This document shows positions 34,640 to 47,540 of a stretch of 64,000 nt of DNA, piece after piece. Below the pieces are notes generated by a model. It was not told where the DNA came from. It saw nothing but the letters and a program-made list of their open reading frames with translations, and ran no database searches. The stretch covers positions 124,001 through 188,000 of the forward strand of contig NW_003314401.1 in the NCBI RefSeq assembly GCF_000143415.4, in the 5' to 3' direction. A program made the position numbers and the translations under genes. The first letter of the stretch is position 1. Each line of letters begins with the position of its first letter. The stretch is from Selaginella moellendorffii. Its lineage: Eukaryota; Plantae; Lycopodiophyta.

Positions 34640-37600
34640 TATAAGGTCCAAGTGTACAATTATAATGCCGTATATTAATATTAGCATAGTGGGATGTTGG
34701 TAGCCGTTGGATTGGTTTCAATCCAGATCACTTGCTCTTGTATATAAAGTAGGGTTTTTGAGCTAATTAATATGCACATTTTTTGTACTCATTCCATGGA
34801 CTCACCATTAAGGGCACCTTTTATTGTCCTTGGATGAGTGCTTGGATTTGGGATTTTAGTTTAAATTTAGCTTTTATATCATCTAGATCTAATTTTTTCT
34901 ATTTCCTTTCTTTTATTCTTTTGTTCAAGATTTTAGTTTAGATTTATTTTCCATTATCTAAATCTCCTTTTAGTTTTTTTTTTTCTCATTTCTCTTCTTT
35001 TGCTCTTTCCTTTTCATTCATCTTCATGGTAGAGTAGTAGTCTCCTCCTCCTTTGACTCTGAAGTAGCAATTGGTGCAATTGTTTAATGTTATGCAATTG
35101 CAATTGAACAACCAAACTCAGTTAATAGCGGCATTCACGGCATGTGGTATAGCTCCTCCTACTCTTGGTGCCAATCCTCGTGTTCGGCCGAAGTTCTTTT
35201 GTGGGAATCTTGGGGATGATATGTACTATTGGTTCGATCATTTCACCGTAATTGCCACATATCATTCTTGAGATGATGCTCGATGTTTGTGTGGGTTTCC
35301 CATGTGTTGGAGCTATAGTGATACAATGGTTTGAGCGCAACTACTTGTGGGGATTGGAGTGTTTTTCTAGATATCTTCAAATGTGCATTTGGACATGCCA
35401 ACGATTGTGATGATTCCTTCCAACAATTATATCGTCTTCGTCAAGGGCCATCTGAGTCAGTGATGCAATTTGGCTTTTGTTTCTGAAGCCTTTTGCTTCG
35501 TGTGGAGCCAAATATGTCGGAGTGGATCAAACTAGAAATATTGTGGCCAACACTTCGTCAAAATTTTGTCGGACTTGTGCATGCACTTGCTCCAACCACC
35601 CTTGATGATGCTCTTTGCTTAGCACAACGTTATGAGGTGTTGCCTTTTCCTTCCGGTCCACTTTCTATATGGTCTTAAGTTTATGTTGCATCCAAGGACA
35701 AAGGCAAAGATGTGGTCGTGGCCGTGATGTTTGCTATTGGGTATGTGATGAAGTTAGTCACACTTATCAGTGTTGTCGGTGTTTTCCAGATTGGTGGCCA
35801 CCATTTCCTGGGTGAAGACCTTGGCGTCAACAACATTCTGTTGGTGCTGCTGTAGTGGAAAGTTTGGATACCGAAATGCATTCGGGAAACGAGGAGTTGC
35901 GTAAGTAATGATAGGACCTTGCGCGAATAAATTAGTGATCCCTCTATCTTTCTTTCGGAAGTATCATTAAGGGGTTCACTTGGCACTAGTTCATTAAGTG
36001 TTTACTTTCCAAGCTCGTTTTTATACCAAAAGGTCTCCTATTATTCTCTCCATGTTAGTTGATATAGGTTCGAGTTTATCTTCTATTGTTCAACTTGTTG
36101 CCACATGTTGCCATCTACACTTGCGTCATACGGCAAAGTCAGTTTTCATTCTTTATGGCAATAGCCATAAACATGCATGTGCACGGGATGAGGTGGACTT
36201 GGTTGTGCGTGTGGGCGATCTCGAGTTTGGGTTGTAGTCATTGACAATGGTGCCAAGTCAAACTTTTGATTTCATTCTTAGTATGGATTGGTTACAACGT
36301 AATCATGCCAAATGTGACTTTGAAGTTTCTCCCCTTTGTCTCATACTTTCTTATATTTCATCCATTGCTCTAACTTCCATACCTTTTCATCCCTCTTCTT
36401 CTACCTCTACTTCAATTATTTTTGTCTTCTCACTATTTCCTCTTATGTTTCCGTCTTGTTCTGTTCTTCCCTTTTCTGATTCCTCCAACAGTCTTTGTAT
36501 TGCAGCAGTTGACCGGCTCATGAAGGAGTATGCCGATCTCTTTGAGTTTGACCTAACATTTGGGGCCAAGATTGCCACACGTCATCCGATTCCAACTAGG
36601 GATACTCATCCAATCAAAGTTTCTATTCATCCTAGGTCACCCAAAGAGATCAAGATTTTACGTGCAAACATCAAGGAGATGTTGGAAAAGGGTGTTATTT
36701 GAAAGTTGTAAAGTCCTTGGGCATGTAAACCTCATCTTGTGACAAAGCCTGGTAGGAGTATTTGTTTCTGCATCGACTATTGTTCATTAAACAAAGTGAC
36801 GATTCTGGATGTATACCCTCTTTTTCACACTGTTGATCTCTTGGATCGTCTAGGGAGAAGTTGTTGGCTCACCAAGTTAGATCTTGCTTTTGGGTATTGA
36901 TAAGTATCGATGGTTGAAGAAGATATTCCTAAGACTGTTTTTTTTACACTGTTTGGTTTATATAAGTTCTTGGTGATGCCATTTGGTTTGAACAATGCTC
37001 TAACAACTTTCCAGTGGATGATGAATGAGGTTCTTTGCGATATGCTGGAGATGACTGCTGACTTCATTGATGATATCTTGATCCACTCGGAAGGGACATG
37101 GGAGAAGCATGTCCATGATATTTGTAGAGTGTTGGATCGGCTACGAGATGTTTGTTTAAAGTTGAAAAGGTCGAAGTGCGTGTTTGGGTCCAAGGACACG
37201 ACTTATCTTGGGTATTGTATTTCTTGTGAGGGTTTGCAAGTTAATCCTAACAAACTTGTGGCTGTTCTAAGGTTCCCTACTGCAAAGTGTGTGAATGATG
37301 TGCAACACTTTCTGGGCAAGGTGCAATATCTCGGTTGTTTTGTGGATCATCTTTCTGATCGCACTGCACCATTGCAAGTGTTGCTAAAGTTATCAATGTC
37401 ATCTTTCATATAGTCTCTGGATTGTGAGTAGGTGTTCATGGATCTCAAAAAGCTATTGATGACTCCTTTGGTGTTAGTATATCCTGACTACACTTGACCT
37501 TTCATTTTGCACGTGGATGCTTTTGATATTGGTCTTGAAGGTGTGTTAATGCAAGAGAGCCTGAGTGTGCTTGGTCAATGCCATCCTATTGCATATATAA

Positions 37601-40600
37601 GCTATACATTACAACTAGCGGAAGTGAATTACTCCACGATAGAGAAAGAGTGTTTAGCAGCAGTTTAGAGTTTCGAGAAACATCATGCATATCTACATGG
37701 TTCTCAGACATTACTAGAAGGTGATCATATTGCCGTTACTTCATTATTGAAGTGGAAGAACTCAGTTGGTCGTATTGCTTGGTGGGTTTTAAAGTTTCAG
37801 ATATATGATTTTGATGTTGTTCATCGCCCGGGGAGTTTTATGGTTGATGCTAATGCCTTTTCTCGAGCTCTTTTTTCTTCTTTGCTTTCTTATCATGTTG
37901 TTGATGAGCCTGTTGTTCCAGCATTTGTGGATTTTCTAGACGAACATTCTGTGCCATTGACAGTTGTTGTACTTGATGTTCAGTGTCCCCAAGGTGTAGA
38001 GCAAGACCTACCTTCTTTTGATGAGGTTCGTAAAGCTCAAAAGATTGAGCCGTGGATTCGAAGGCTTTGAGAAAGGTTTAAGAATCCTATATCACTTGTT
38101 AATGAGTTGCCATTCTGGCATTTACATTCTCAATATCGCCTTGAAGATAGCCTTCTTGTTGCGAATGTGACTTCGGGTATTAAAAGTTATCTATCAGTTA
38201 GTCCTTTTGGATATTCTTTCCTTATTACCACGATGGCAGAAGGTCGGTATTGCTAAACCCATTATCAGTCTCCACCTAAACTAGTTGAGAAACTGATCTT
38301 TGTGTGTGCACTTGACCAAATGAGCATAAGGACGGAATTCCTAAGTGCTATTAGTCAAGCATACTTAACCTAGTTAGAGAAACTCATTCGTTAACTTGCA
38401 CTTGCTAGTGTTGGGAACCCCCGGGATATTGAGCTTGGTCCTTCAATATTCGTTAGATGATAGCTTACTGTGTCTGCCAAACATCCTCGCTATCATGCCT
38501 TTTGTGTTAGTCTTATTTCAGTCCTAAATGCTATTTATAGAAAGTGTCTAGATTTGCTTATTTTGTATATCTATAAAATGTAGAGATTGTCTTGAACATG
38601 ATGGTGTTCGTCCCGTGTCCAAATTCGCAATCTAAAGACATTCCATATTTAGCAAGTTTTGAGCTTGTCCTAGAGACTAACTCTTAGTACTAAGAGAGGC
38701 TTGGGGTGAAAGCCCAAAGCATATGTTCTTCAAGAAGGAGGGGGGGGGGAGGATGTGGGGGGTTCTAAATGTATGGTAGGGATAGTGGGTAGGTCAGGCA
38801 TGGCTGACTAACTTGAGGCATAATTTAGCTCCCATTTGTGTGCCTGTCCTTGTTTTGCATCCAGCTTGGGTCTAAGCCCAAACTCCACACCATGCTAGCT
38901 GGTGGAGTACCCATATCCTCATGTTAGGCCATCGGTATGCTGAAATAGCGCCAGACTCTATTTAGCTCCGTTTTGCATGCTAGTCTTGGCATTGGGATGT
39001 TAGTTGCTCTAGGACTAATCCAAGTTGCTCCGAGCTCCCATCCCTTCACTCCTTGGGCTATGTGCTTGGGAGTCATTCCATTTTTTAGTGCCATTGCTCC
39101 TTGGCTACATGCTTGGGAGTTTAACACTGTTCCTTCATTCAATGGCCCAAGGCCCTAAAATTTGGGTTCCACACCACTATCCCTTGGACACATGGCATAT
39201 AACATGTGGCACATGGAGGGTTAAGTTCTACTTCGTGGTTATCCTATGGTAAATCACCATAGGATAAAGGGTAAAAACCACATGCGCTATATTTGGTATT
39301 AGAGGGTAAGTCTCGGCAAGTATTATCCAATGAGATTGGGCAATTAGTCTCGTTGCATACGTAGAAATGAAAACAATGATCAAAATGGGTACATATTTGG
39401 GTGCAAAGACTTCACAATTGTTCCTTGGGTATATATTTGGTTACCTTGTTATACCTTATGATGTGAGCTTGCTCTTGGGCTCATAAGATGGATTGAGTTG
39501 TTTTGTTTGCACGAGTTTGCACTTGGGCTCATAAGTGAGGCACATTAGCATGAGTTTGCGCTTGGGCTCATGAGTGGGGCACATTAGCAATTCAAGGTTA
39601 CATTCTGAGTTGGCAAAATTAATGTTAGCCTATCAGTGGTTCCATGAGTTATTCCATGTACCATAGGTAAAAGTAAACCTTCCCTAGGTTTGCTATGAGT
39701 GGCAAATAGGCTGGTCCGTAGCTATTTAGCACGGCACTAGTGGATCCTTCCTATGCATGATTATGAATAGATCAATCAAGACTATAAGGGATTAGTCTAT
39801 TTGTTCAAGTAGTCATTGCCATGCTCTCTCATAAACTTTTCTTGGATTGGACTGAAGTCAGTGCGAATGCAAGCTTGAGGTTTAGTTAAAGATAAGACCG
39901 AAAAGAGAGTCATCGGGGACGAAGGATTAAACATGTAAATCATCTTCTCTTTTTGGAAAGATGATTCATAGCAAGGTGTGACTTATTACTTGTGTTCACT
40001 ATGCAATCAAGAGTCCCTACCTTGATGCATATTGGAAATGATGGTCTTACAAATGATGAGTTATGGGATGGATAGTAGTGAAGCGCTAAACTATTTTGTC
40101 TAAACTTGCTATTGGAAGGCTTGGATTACAATGCTCAATTCTTTTCTGGGGAACCTTGCTATTGCTCTTTGAGTAGCTTGGTGTTAGATTAGTTTTGAGT
40201 TTGGTCGGATAGAATACGGCATGAGATTGTCCGTGTTGTGAACAAAAGTTAGTGGTGTTGGGTGTTGTAAGTCTTTATCGGTGGAGTGTGGCATTTATGT
40301 TGCATTTTGTCGAATTAAGTTGACACTTGATACTCACATAAACCTTTGAAATAATGATATTGGCATTGTTCATGGTGTTTCTTTATAGATGACCAAGATA
40401 TTGTGATTTTTATATCATATCCATGTGATAATGAGTAATGTGTTTACAAAGTTGCTTGGTGAAATGATAATCAACCCCAAAGTGGTTGATAGTGAAGTTA
40501 GTCTACTGCACACTTAGGCACGTTCTATTAAGNNNNNNNNNNNNNNNNNNNNNNNNNNNNNNNNNNNNNNNNNNNNNNNNNNNNNNNNNNNNNNNNNNNN

Positions 40601-43600
40601 NNNNNNNNNNNNNNNNNNNNNNNNNNNNNNNNTATCTGTTAGCACTTGGAGTAGATTGTTGGATAGAGAAAATATGTAGTTGTGGCATTGACATCACTAA
40701 CACTTGTGTGAGTGGAGATAATATTGTTATATTGAGTGATGAGAAACTTTCCTTAGAACTTGATTTTCCATATCATTTTTCTTATTAGTGTTTTGGCTTC
40801 ACATTGGATCTTGAAAGTGGTTGAAGAAGAGTGATAGTGCAATATGGATATATGAAGATATAGTCTTCATGATCAAGCCGTGGATATTCATTTTGCATTT
40901 TGTGGATGTCAGTGTTGGTTTGGAGATATGGGCATGATGTTCTAGGCTTAAACATATTATGGGTTATGAGAATTTGTGTTGAGGTGAACTTATGTGAAAT
41001 TGTTGGTAAGAAAAATTTGGTTGAGTCTTGAAAATTTGCATTTCTAGACTGAGAGTTATTCTTTTTCTAGAATAGAAATTTTTCCACAAATTTTCTTAAA
41101 CATTTCCAATGGTTGATCTATTAATTACTTTGCTCAAAAACCATTCCATTTTCGTAAGCTAGTACAAACTAATGAAAAGGTTAGAGTTGACTTTGGTTAA
41201 CTTAGATCTTAGTAGGTAATTTGTATGATGCACCCAAAAGGGATATTAACTTTTGGGGTTAAAGCAATTGAGTTGGATAGAGTTTGGAGTTGGTATAGAA
41301 AAGTGGCTGTTGCACTTTTCTAAGAAGGGTAACCCTTGTGTCTTTCTTCTGTAGCATAATGCTGGGTGACAGGTTACATCTTGCATTTTGTTAAACTCTA
41401 TGAGAGTAGTGAGCTCTCACTAATATTGATTTGGTCTTGGTAGTCTTGTGTTTTGGCTGAGGATGGTGATATCCAACTTAGTTGTTTAAGGTTGAAATGT
41501 TAGTACCCATACTATAGCTTTGTCTATGAGGAGTTTGTGTACCAATATGTGTCCATCTCATTGTCTTCACTTTACTTTCGACTGAGTGTTAATTATGCAT
41601 AGCTAACTTCTTCAAGGCATGTTTAGAGCTATTGGCTAGACGTGTTAGTGAGCTTATTGCGGTTGAGTTGGATTTGGATGGTCATTTAATTTGTGTTTGT
41701 CCATAAATCTTTCTTTCATGCCTGAGGTATTACGCTGGACAAATATATAACTCGATGGCACGAATTTAGTGTTGGGTCTTGTAAAGACAAGTTAAGAAGT
41801 GATTGTTGGTTGCTTTGCAACTAGTGATTACTTGTGGACTTTGTTGAGGACTATTGACACTTGCCTCTCTCGATGAAGATTTAGCAGTGATAGGCTTGCT
41901 TTACCGAATAATGTTGCAGAAAATCATGTTGTTAAACTTATATGGGTTTTCCATGTTGGCATGTCAATTTCTTTGTAGATATCATTTGGTTATGTTTAGT
42001 CCATGGTGTTGGATTTCATTGAGTCTTGGATGTGGTGAATCACTCTTTGATGATACATTATCTATAATTGAGTTTTGCTGAAGGATTAGTCTCGGATATT
42101 GACTAAAGTATCTTCGACTTTCGTTAGCTTGGTTGCTAGAGAGTTTTGAGTGGTGATTCACTCTTGCTTTCTTCTAACTTTATCCTGGTGTTGATGGCAT
42201 TGAAGTGATGCCTTGTTGTTGACATTATTGATGTTGAGATTTGAGTGAAATGAGATGTCTCTCTTTAGGATTGATATTGAGTTTCATTAGTCTTGATAAA
42301 GATCGTGTTGATAATTTGGCTTTAGCTTTGTGTTGTTGGCATTCATGCATTTGCTAGTTAACAACTGTATTGACGTTCAAATGAACTGAGTGGCAAATTG
42401 AGTTAGTTATATTCCAAATGAGATTATTTAGTAGGGGTTGAGCTTTGGCTTTTCCTTGAAAAGTGATTTAATCGTAAACTATATTAACTTTTCGAGAGGA
42501 AGAGTTAGTGATCGGTATTGAAGTGATTCAATCCTTGTTGGATTTCAGTTGGGATATATTGATCAGTGATGATTTTTCTTATGCTTGTTATTTAGTGAGT
42601 TACGTCTAACTATAGATGAATTCATGAATGATCGTTTAGTGATCATATGTTGAGCATAGCTCCTTTGTGCTTGGCTTTTGGATTGATGTAGATATGTTCT
42701 TCATTAGCTTTATATTATAAAGTTTAACTTCTGAATATGTTGAGGAGGATATTGTGGGTTATACCATGATTTCTTTTTTACTATTGAAGTTAGTTCATGC
42801 GAGGCTTATGATCATTGTTAGGCAAGACTTAGCTATAACTTTCTTTGAGCTTTTGGTTCCTTGAGTTTTCATGCTTGTGGTCCATTTATTTGAAGTTGTT
42901 AGAGAAGACATTTTGGCTTATAACTTTGTTGTTGAAGTTGGCAATTACATTTAGCAATCATTAGTGATAACTGACTATCATCTAAGATGATTGATTATCC
43001 TTGTCAAAGGTTTTGCTTGATTGTTGTTGATATAGAATGATTCATTGTTCTTCAAGATGGTGAATTCTTTTTTCAACAATGAGTATGTATCTCTTTTTGA
43101 TGGGATGATTGATGATCTTTCATGATAGTTAGTTGTTCACTTTGATGATTTTTGGCTTTTTGCATTACCACATGTTCTTTATAGTTTGCTTTAGATTGGT
43201 CTCTTGGGTTTAAGATATCAATAAGATGTTGCTAACGCTTGCTTAAGAAACTCTGGTTCCTTGGTGTTATTGACAAGGATCTATTTAGATTAGTTGGTGC
43301 AATAGTTTGTATGAATGAGTGTTTATTGGTTTTGCCACATTCATTTTGTTTTATTGATTATTGCTCAAGTTAGTTTTGATAGATTAAAATGTTATTTCCT
43401 TTGAGTGATACATTTGCAAGTATTTTGCTTGCCAGTCAATAATACTTTATGTTCTTTGAGTTGTTTTAGTAAGTTGTTTGACATACTGTCTGCCATTTTC
43501 AGTAATTAAGTTTCATCCTTGAGTTTCCTTGATGATACATTGGCTATTGAATTTTGTTAGATAGTGAATTGTATATTTTCCAAACATGATGACCTTGATG

Positions 43601-46600
43601 GTTCCTATACTGTAATACTGGTTTATCGGCTGATAACTTACTTGGAATACTTTCATGTTCTAAACTAAGCTTTATTCATTGATAATTAAGTCTCTAAGAT
43701 ATCATTGTTTATGACTTTGATATTGTCCATCTATTAACCTTTGAATTTGGGCCAGTATAGGCAGACTAACTTCGGCACTTCGTGTGCATGGTGAAATCTT
43801 TAGTCATGGGGTAGCTACTGTCGATTGGTCACATCACCTACTTCTCTATCAATGTTCCTTATTCGGTTTAAAGGGTGTGACCATGTAAACAACTCTAACT
43901 ACCTATTTACAGTAATTTATCTAAACCTTATCGACAGATTTGGTTTCTTTGCTCATGAGGGTTGGGGCCTCTAGCTTCTCTCTCTATATCCGTGCGGGCA
44001 GGGGCATATCACACTTTTGTAAGCTGGGTGACACCCAGAGCAATAAGGGTGGCTAATTCCGTTGGTCATGTCCTTGTCGGCGACAACTGGAAGGTGTCTA
44101 AATTGGTAGCACATCCGCATTAGACAAAGATATTAGCCTAACTCATTTAAGTTGATCCATTTCTCACAAAGTGTGCATACTATGAAATTTTTCTGGAGTT
44201 GTTTCCTTGGCGGTATTTTAGACTAGAGTATGCATTGACGAGGACGTTGATCTTCCCTTAGGGGGGGAGAGTGTCGCGAATGTGACTTCGGATATCGAAA
44301 GTTACCTATCAACTAGTCATTTTGGATATTCTTTCTTTACTGCCATGACAGCAGAAGGTCAGTAATGTTAGACTTATTATCAATTTTCGCCTAAGCTAGT
44401 TGAGAAACTGATCTTTGTGTGTGCACTTGACCAAATGAGCATAAGGACAGAATTCTTAAGTGCTATTAGTCAAGCATACTTGACCTAGTTAGAGAAACTC
44501 ATTCGTTAACTTGCACTTGCTAGTGTTGGGAACCCCCGCAATATTGAGTTTACTCTTTCAATATTCGCTAAATGATAGCTTACCATGTTTGCCAAACACC
44601 CTCGCTATCATGCCCTTTGTGTTAGTCTTATTTCAGTCCCAAATGCTATTTATGGAAAGTGTTTAGATTCGCTTATTTGGCATATCTACAAAATATAGAG
44701 ATTGTCCTGAACATGATAGTGTTCGTCCTGTGTCCAAATTCGCAATCTAAGGACATTCCAAATTTAGTAAGTTTCAAGCTTGTCCCAGAGACTAACTCCT
44801 AGTAGGGATAGTGGGTAAGTCGAGCATAGCTGACTAACTTGAGGCATAGTTTAGCTCCCACTTACGTGCCTATCCTTGTTCTGCATTTGGCTTGAGTCTA
44901 AGCCCAAGCTCTACACTATACTAGTTGATGGAGTACTTATATCCTCACATTAGGCCACTGATATGCTGAAATAGTGCCAAACTCTGTTTGGCTCCATTTT
45001 GTATGCTGGTCTTGGCATTATGATGCTGGTTGCTCTAGGACTGATCCAAGTTGCTCCGGGCTCTTATCCCTTCGCTCCTTGGGCTATATGCTTAAAAGTC
45101 ATTTCATTCTCCAGTGCCATTGCTCCTTGGCTCCATGTTTAGGAGTTTGGCACTGTTCCTTCGTTCAATGGCCCAAGGCCCTGAAACTCAGGTTCCACAC
45201 AACTGTCCTTTGGACATATGGCATGTGACATGTGGCATATGGAGGGTTAGGTTCCACTTCATGGTTATTCTATGGTAAATCACCATAGGATAAAGGGTGA
45301 AAACCACATGCGTTACACTTCTTTAGTTTGTGAGGACGGACCTGATGATCATTTACGGCTAGTGGTGCCTTTAGTCTTTATTCCACGGTTTCTCCATGCC
45401 TACTATGATTCTCTTGTTCTAGATGAGCATATGGGACATCGTCATGTGACTGAGTAGTTGCGTAGGTCTTTCTATTGGCCGGAGATGCGATGCGATATTA
45501 TCCAATATGTGCGTAGCTATGTTTAGTGTCAAGCTCGTAATACTCCCTCTCATGTTGCGGAAGGACGGTTAGAGTTAATTGTAATTTCCCATCCATTTGA
45601 GTTGGTAGTGTTTGATCTTATAGGACTTTTTCCACGATCAACTGCTAGCAATGAGTATGTTATTATTGCTTCTGACTACTTAACTTGTTGGGTGGAAGTT
45701 GGTGCTCTTGCTAGCAGCTCTGCAACTATTGTTGGATACTTCTAGTGTTCTAACATTTTTGTCCAAAGCAGATTCTTTTGGATAATGGTCCTGCATTTAT
45801 GGCTGAGGCATTTTAGCCATGCTTTGACATCTTGGTTGGGGATACACCACACTTTCACAAATGCTTATCATTCACAATTAAATAGTTTGGTGGAATGGCT
45901 TGTTTAGATGTTCAAATGGATGATCGTGAAGTACATGAACTTTCAGCATTCGGATTGAGATGGTTATTTGACATCTCTTCGGTATGCATATGTTACAGAG
46001 GTGCAAAGTTCTGTTGGTGCTTCACCATATAAACTCATATATATTAATGATCCAATATTACCAACGGAGCTAGGTTTACCTTCACGATTGCCACGAGCTG
46101 CTGATGCTAGGTCGTGGGATCAATATTTGATGAACATTTTTCCACTTATCCAAGTTGAGTCTGTCGAACACTTAAGCCGTGTATAAGTAGGATAACAATA
46201 ACGCTACAAATCCCATCATTGTCCACCTACGGAGTACAAAGTGGATGACTTAGTGTTAATCTGTTTTCCCCATCTTACAATATGTGGTTTATCTAAGAGG
46301 CTTCTTGTTCCATGGAAAGAACCATATTGGGTGTTATGGCAAGTTGAACCACAAGTTTATGAGGTTTGGCATGACGTTCAGTAGGCCGATCTTCCAGAAA
46401 TTGTGTCTATGCAACAGTTGAAACACTTTATACAAAGGGATCCAGAACAATTGATACCACCTACAAATCCACTGATGCCTCCTCATGATATTCCCTCAAA
46501 TCCCTGCCCATTTACAAGAGAACTCTAATGGTCTTCCATTATTCTAAGAGGAGGGGATGATGTAAGGTTCAAGTGTATGGATGATGCCATATATTAATAT

Positions 46601-46727
46601 TAGCATAGTGGGATTTTAATAGTTATTGTATTGGTTTCAATCTGGACCGCTCGCTCCTATTTATAAACTATTAATTAATATGCACATCTTCTGTATTCCC
46701 TTTCCATATTCCATGCACTCATAAAAC
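34640..46727 (+). mobile_element. Degenerate Ty3/Gypsy LTR retrotransposon (element A)
   Basis: Short diverged LTRs ~34640-34810 and ~46561-46727, PPT at ~46546-46560; gag, protease (LVDIGSS), RT (MPFGL, FIDDILI), RNase H and integrase remnants with stops. Confidence 0.85.
38157..45317 (+). mobile_element. Nested LTR element B (no recognisable ORFs, LARD-like) inserted in element A integrase
   Basis: LTRs 38157-39291 and 44272-45317; TSD CTTCT (38152-38156, 45318-45322); tRNA-iMet-like PBS tggtattagag at ~39294; PPT agggggggagag at 44260-44271; assembly gap at ~40533-40631. Confidence 0.9.
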
Positions 46728-46869
46728 AAAATATTTATACCTTCGAACTTTTTCTCAAAATGAAATTATTCTAACTTTGCAACAAAATTTTGAAAGCCAG
46801 CTGGTAAAGACCAGTCTTATGCTACAACTTCTGGAAGAATAGCAGTCCCAGGTGAGATCAATATGAGAG

Positions 46870-47540
46870 TTGCCCATGGCAAGTGAGGAGCTGCAAAACA
46901 ACTTCTCATCGTGTCTTAGATTGTGTTCTTTGAGCGAGCTAATATCTTACCTTCACATTGACACCATCATTCACGATCCTGTTCTCTGCCTTGTACTTGA
47001 GGAAGTCATTCCCTGGAAGAAATTCATGCATGAGAGTAGCGAAGGACGTCTGTAGTACTCCAACTTACCACTTCCTGCTGACGATGATCCTCTGCCTGCC
47101 AGCAGTGCCTCCTGAGCGTGAATTCCTTGCATCGCACCAAGAGAAGCACTTTGCCAATGTCCACGCGTGCACAAGTACCTTGTGGCTTTCCGAAAGCACC
47201 CCTCATTCCAGTTTGTAGCCTATGAAACCAGAAACAATCGTCAAAGCTTGCTTCAGGAGAATTTTCTTCTCTCACCTATCAGCACCAGCGCAGGAAAGCA
47301 TCTTGTTTATCTGGAGGACATGGAAGGGATGGACCCTTATGCGGAGATGGAAAGCGTCTTTCCCGTTGTACTTTGTCACTTGTTAGTGGTAATGCGCGCC
47401 ACCTCGAAGGCCTCGCTCGAGTCATTCTCGTTCTCACAGCTCATAGTAAGGGAACTCGTCCATGCCCTTCTTCTTCTTCAGATTATGATCTTAGGATCTG
47501 GGACACTGCGGCAAGAAGCGGGATTTCGGGTATGTCATGC
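46870..47540 (-). pseudogene. RPL10: 60S ribosomal protein L10 (uL16/QM) pseudogene
   Basis: [34 protein letters not shown]|[19 protein letters not shown]; retains an intron (~47222-47276); stops and frameshifts. Confidence 0.88.
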
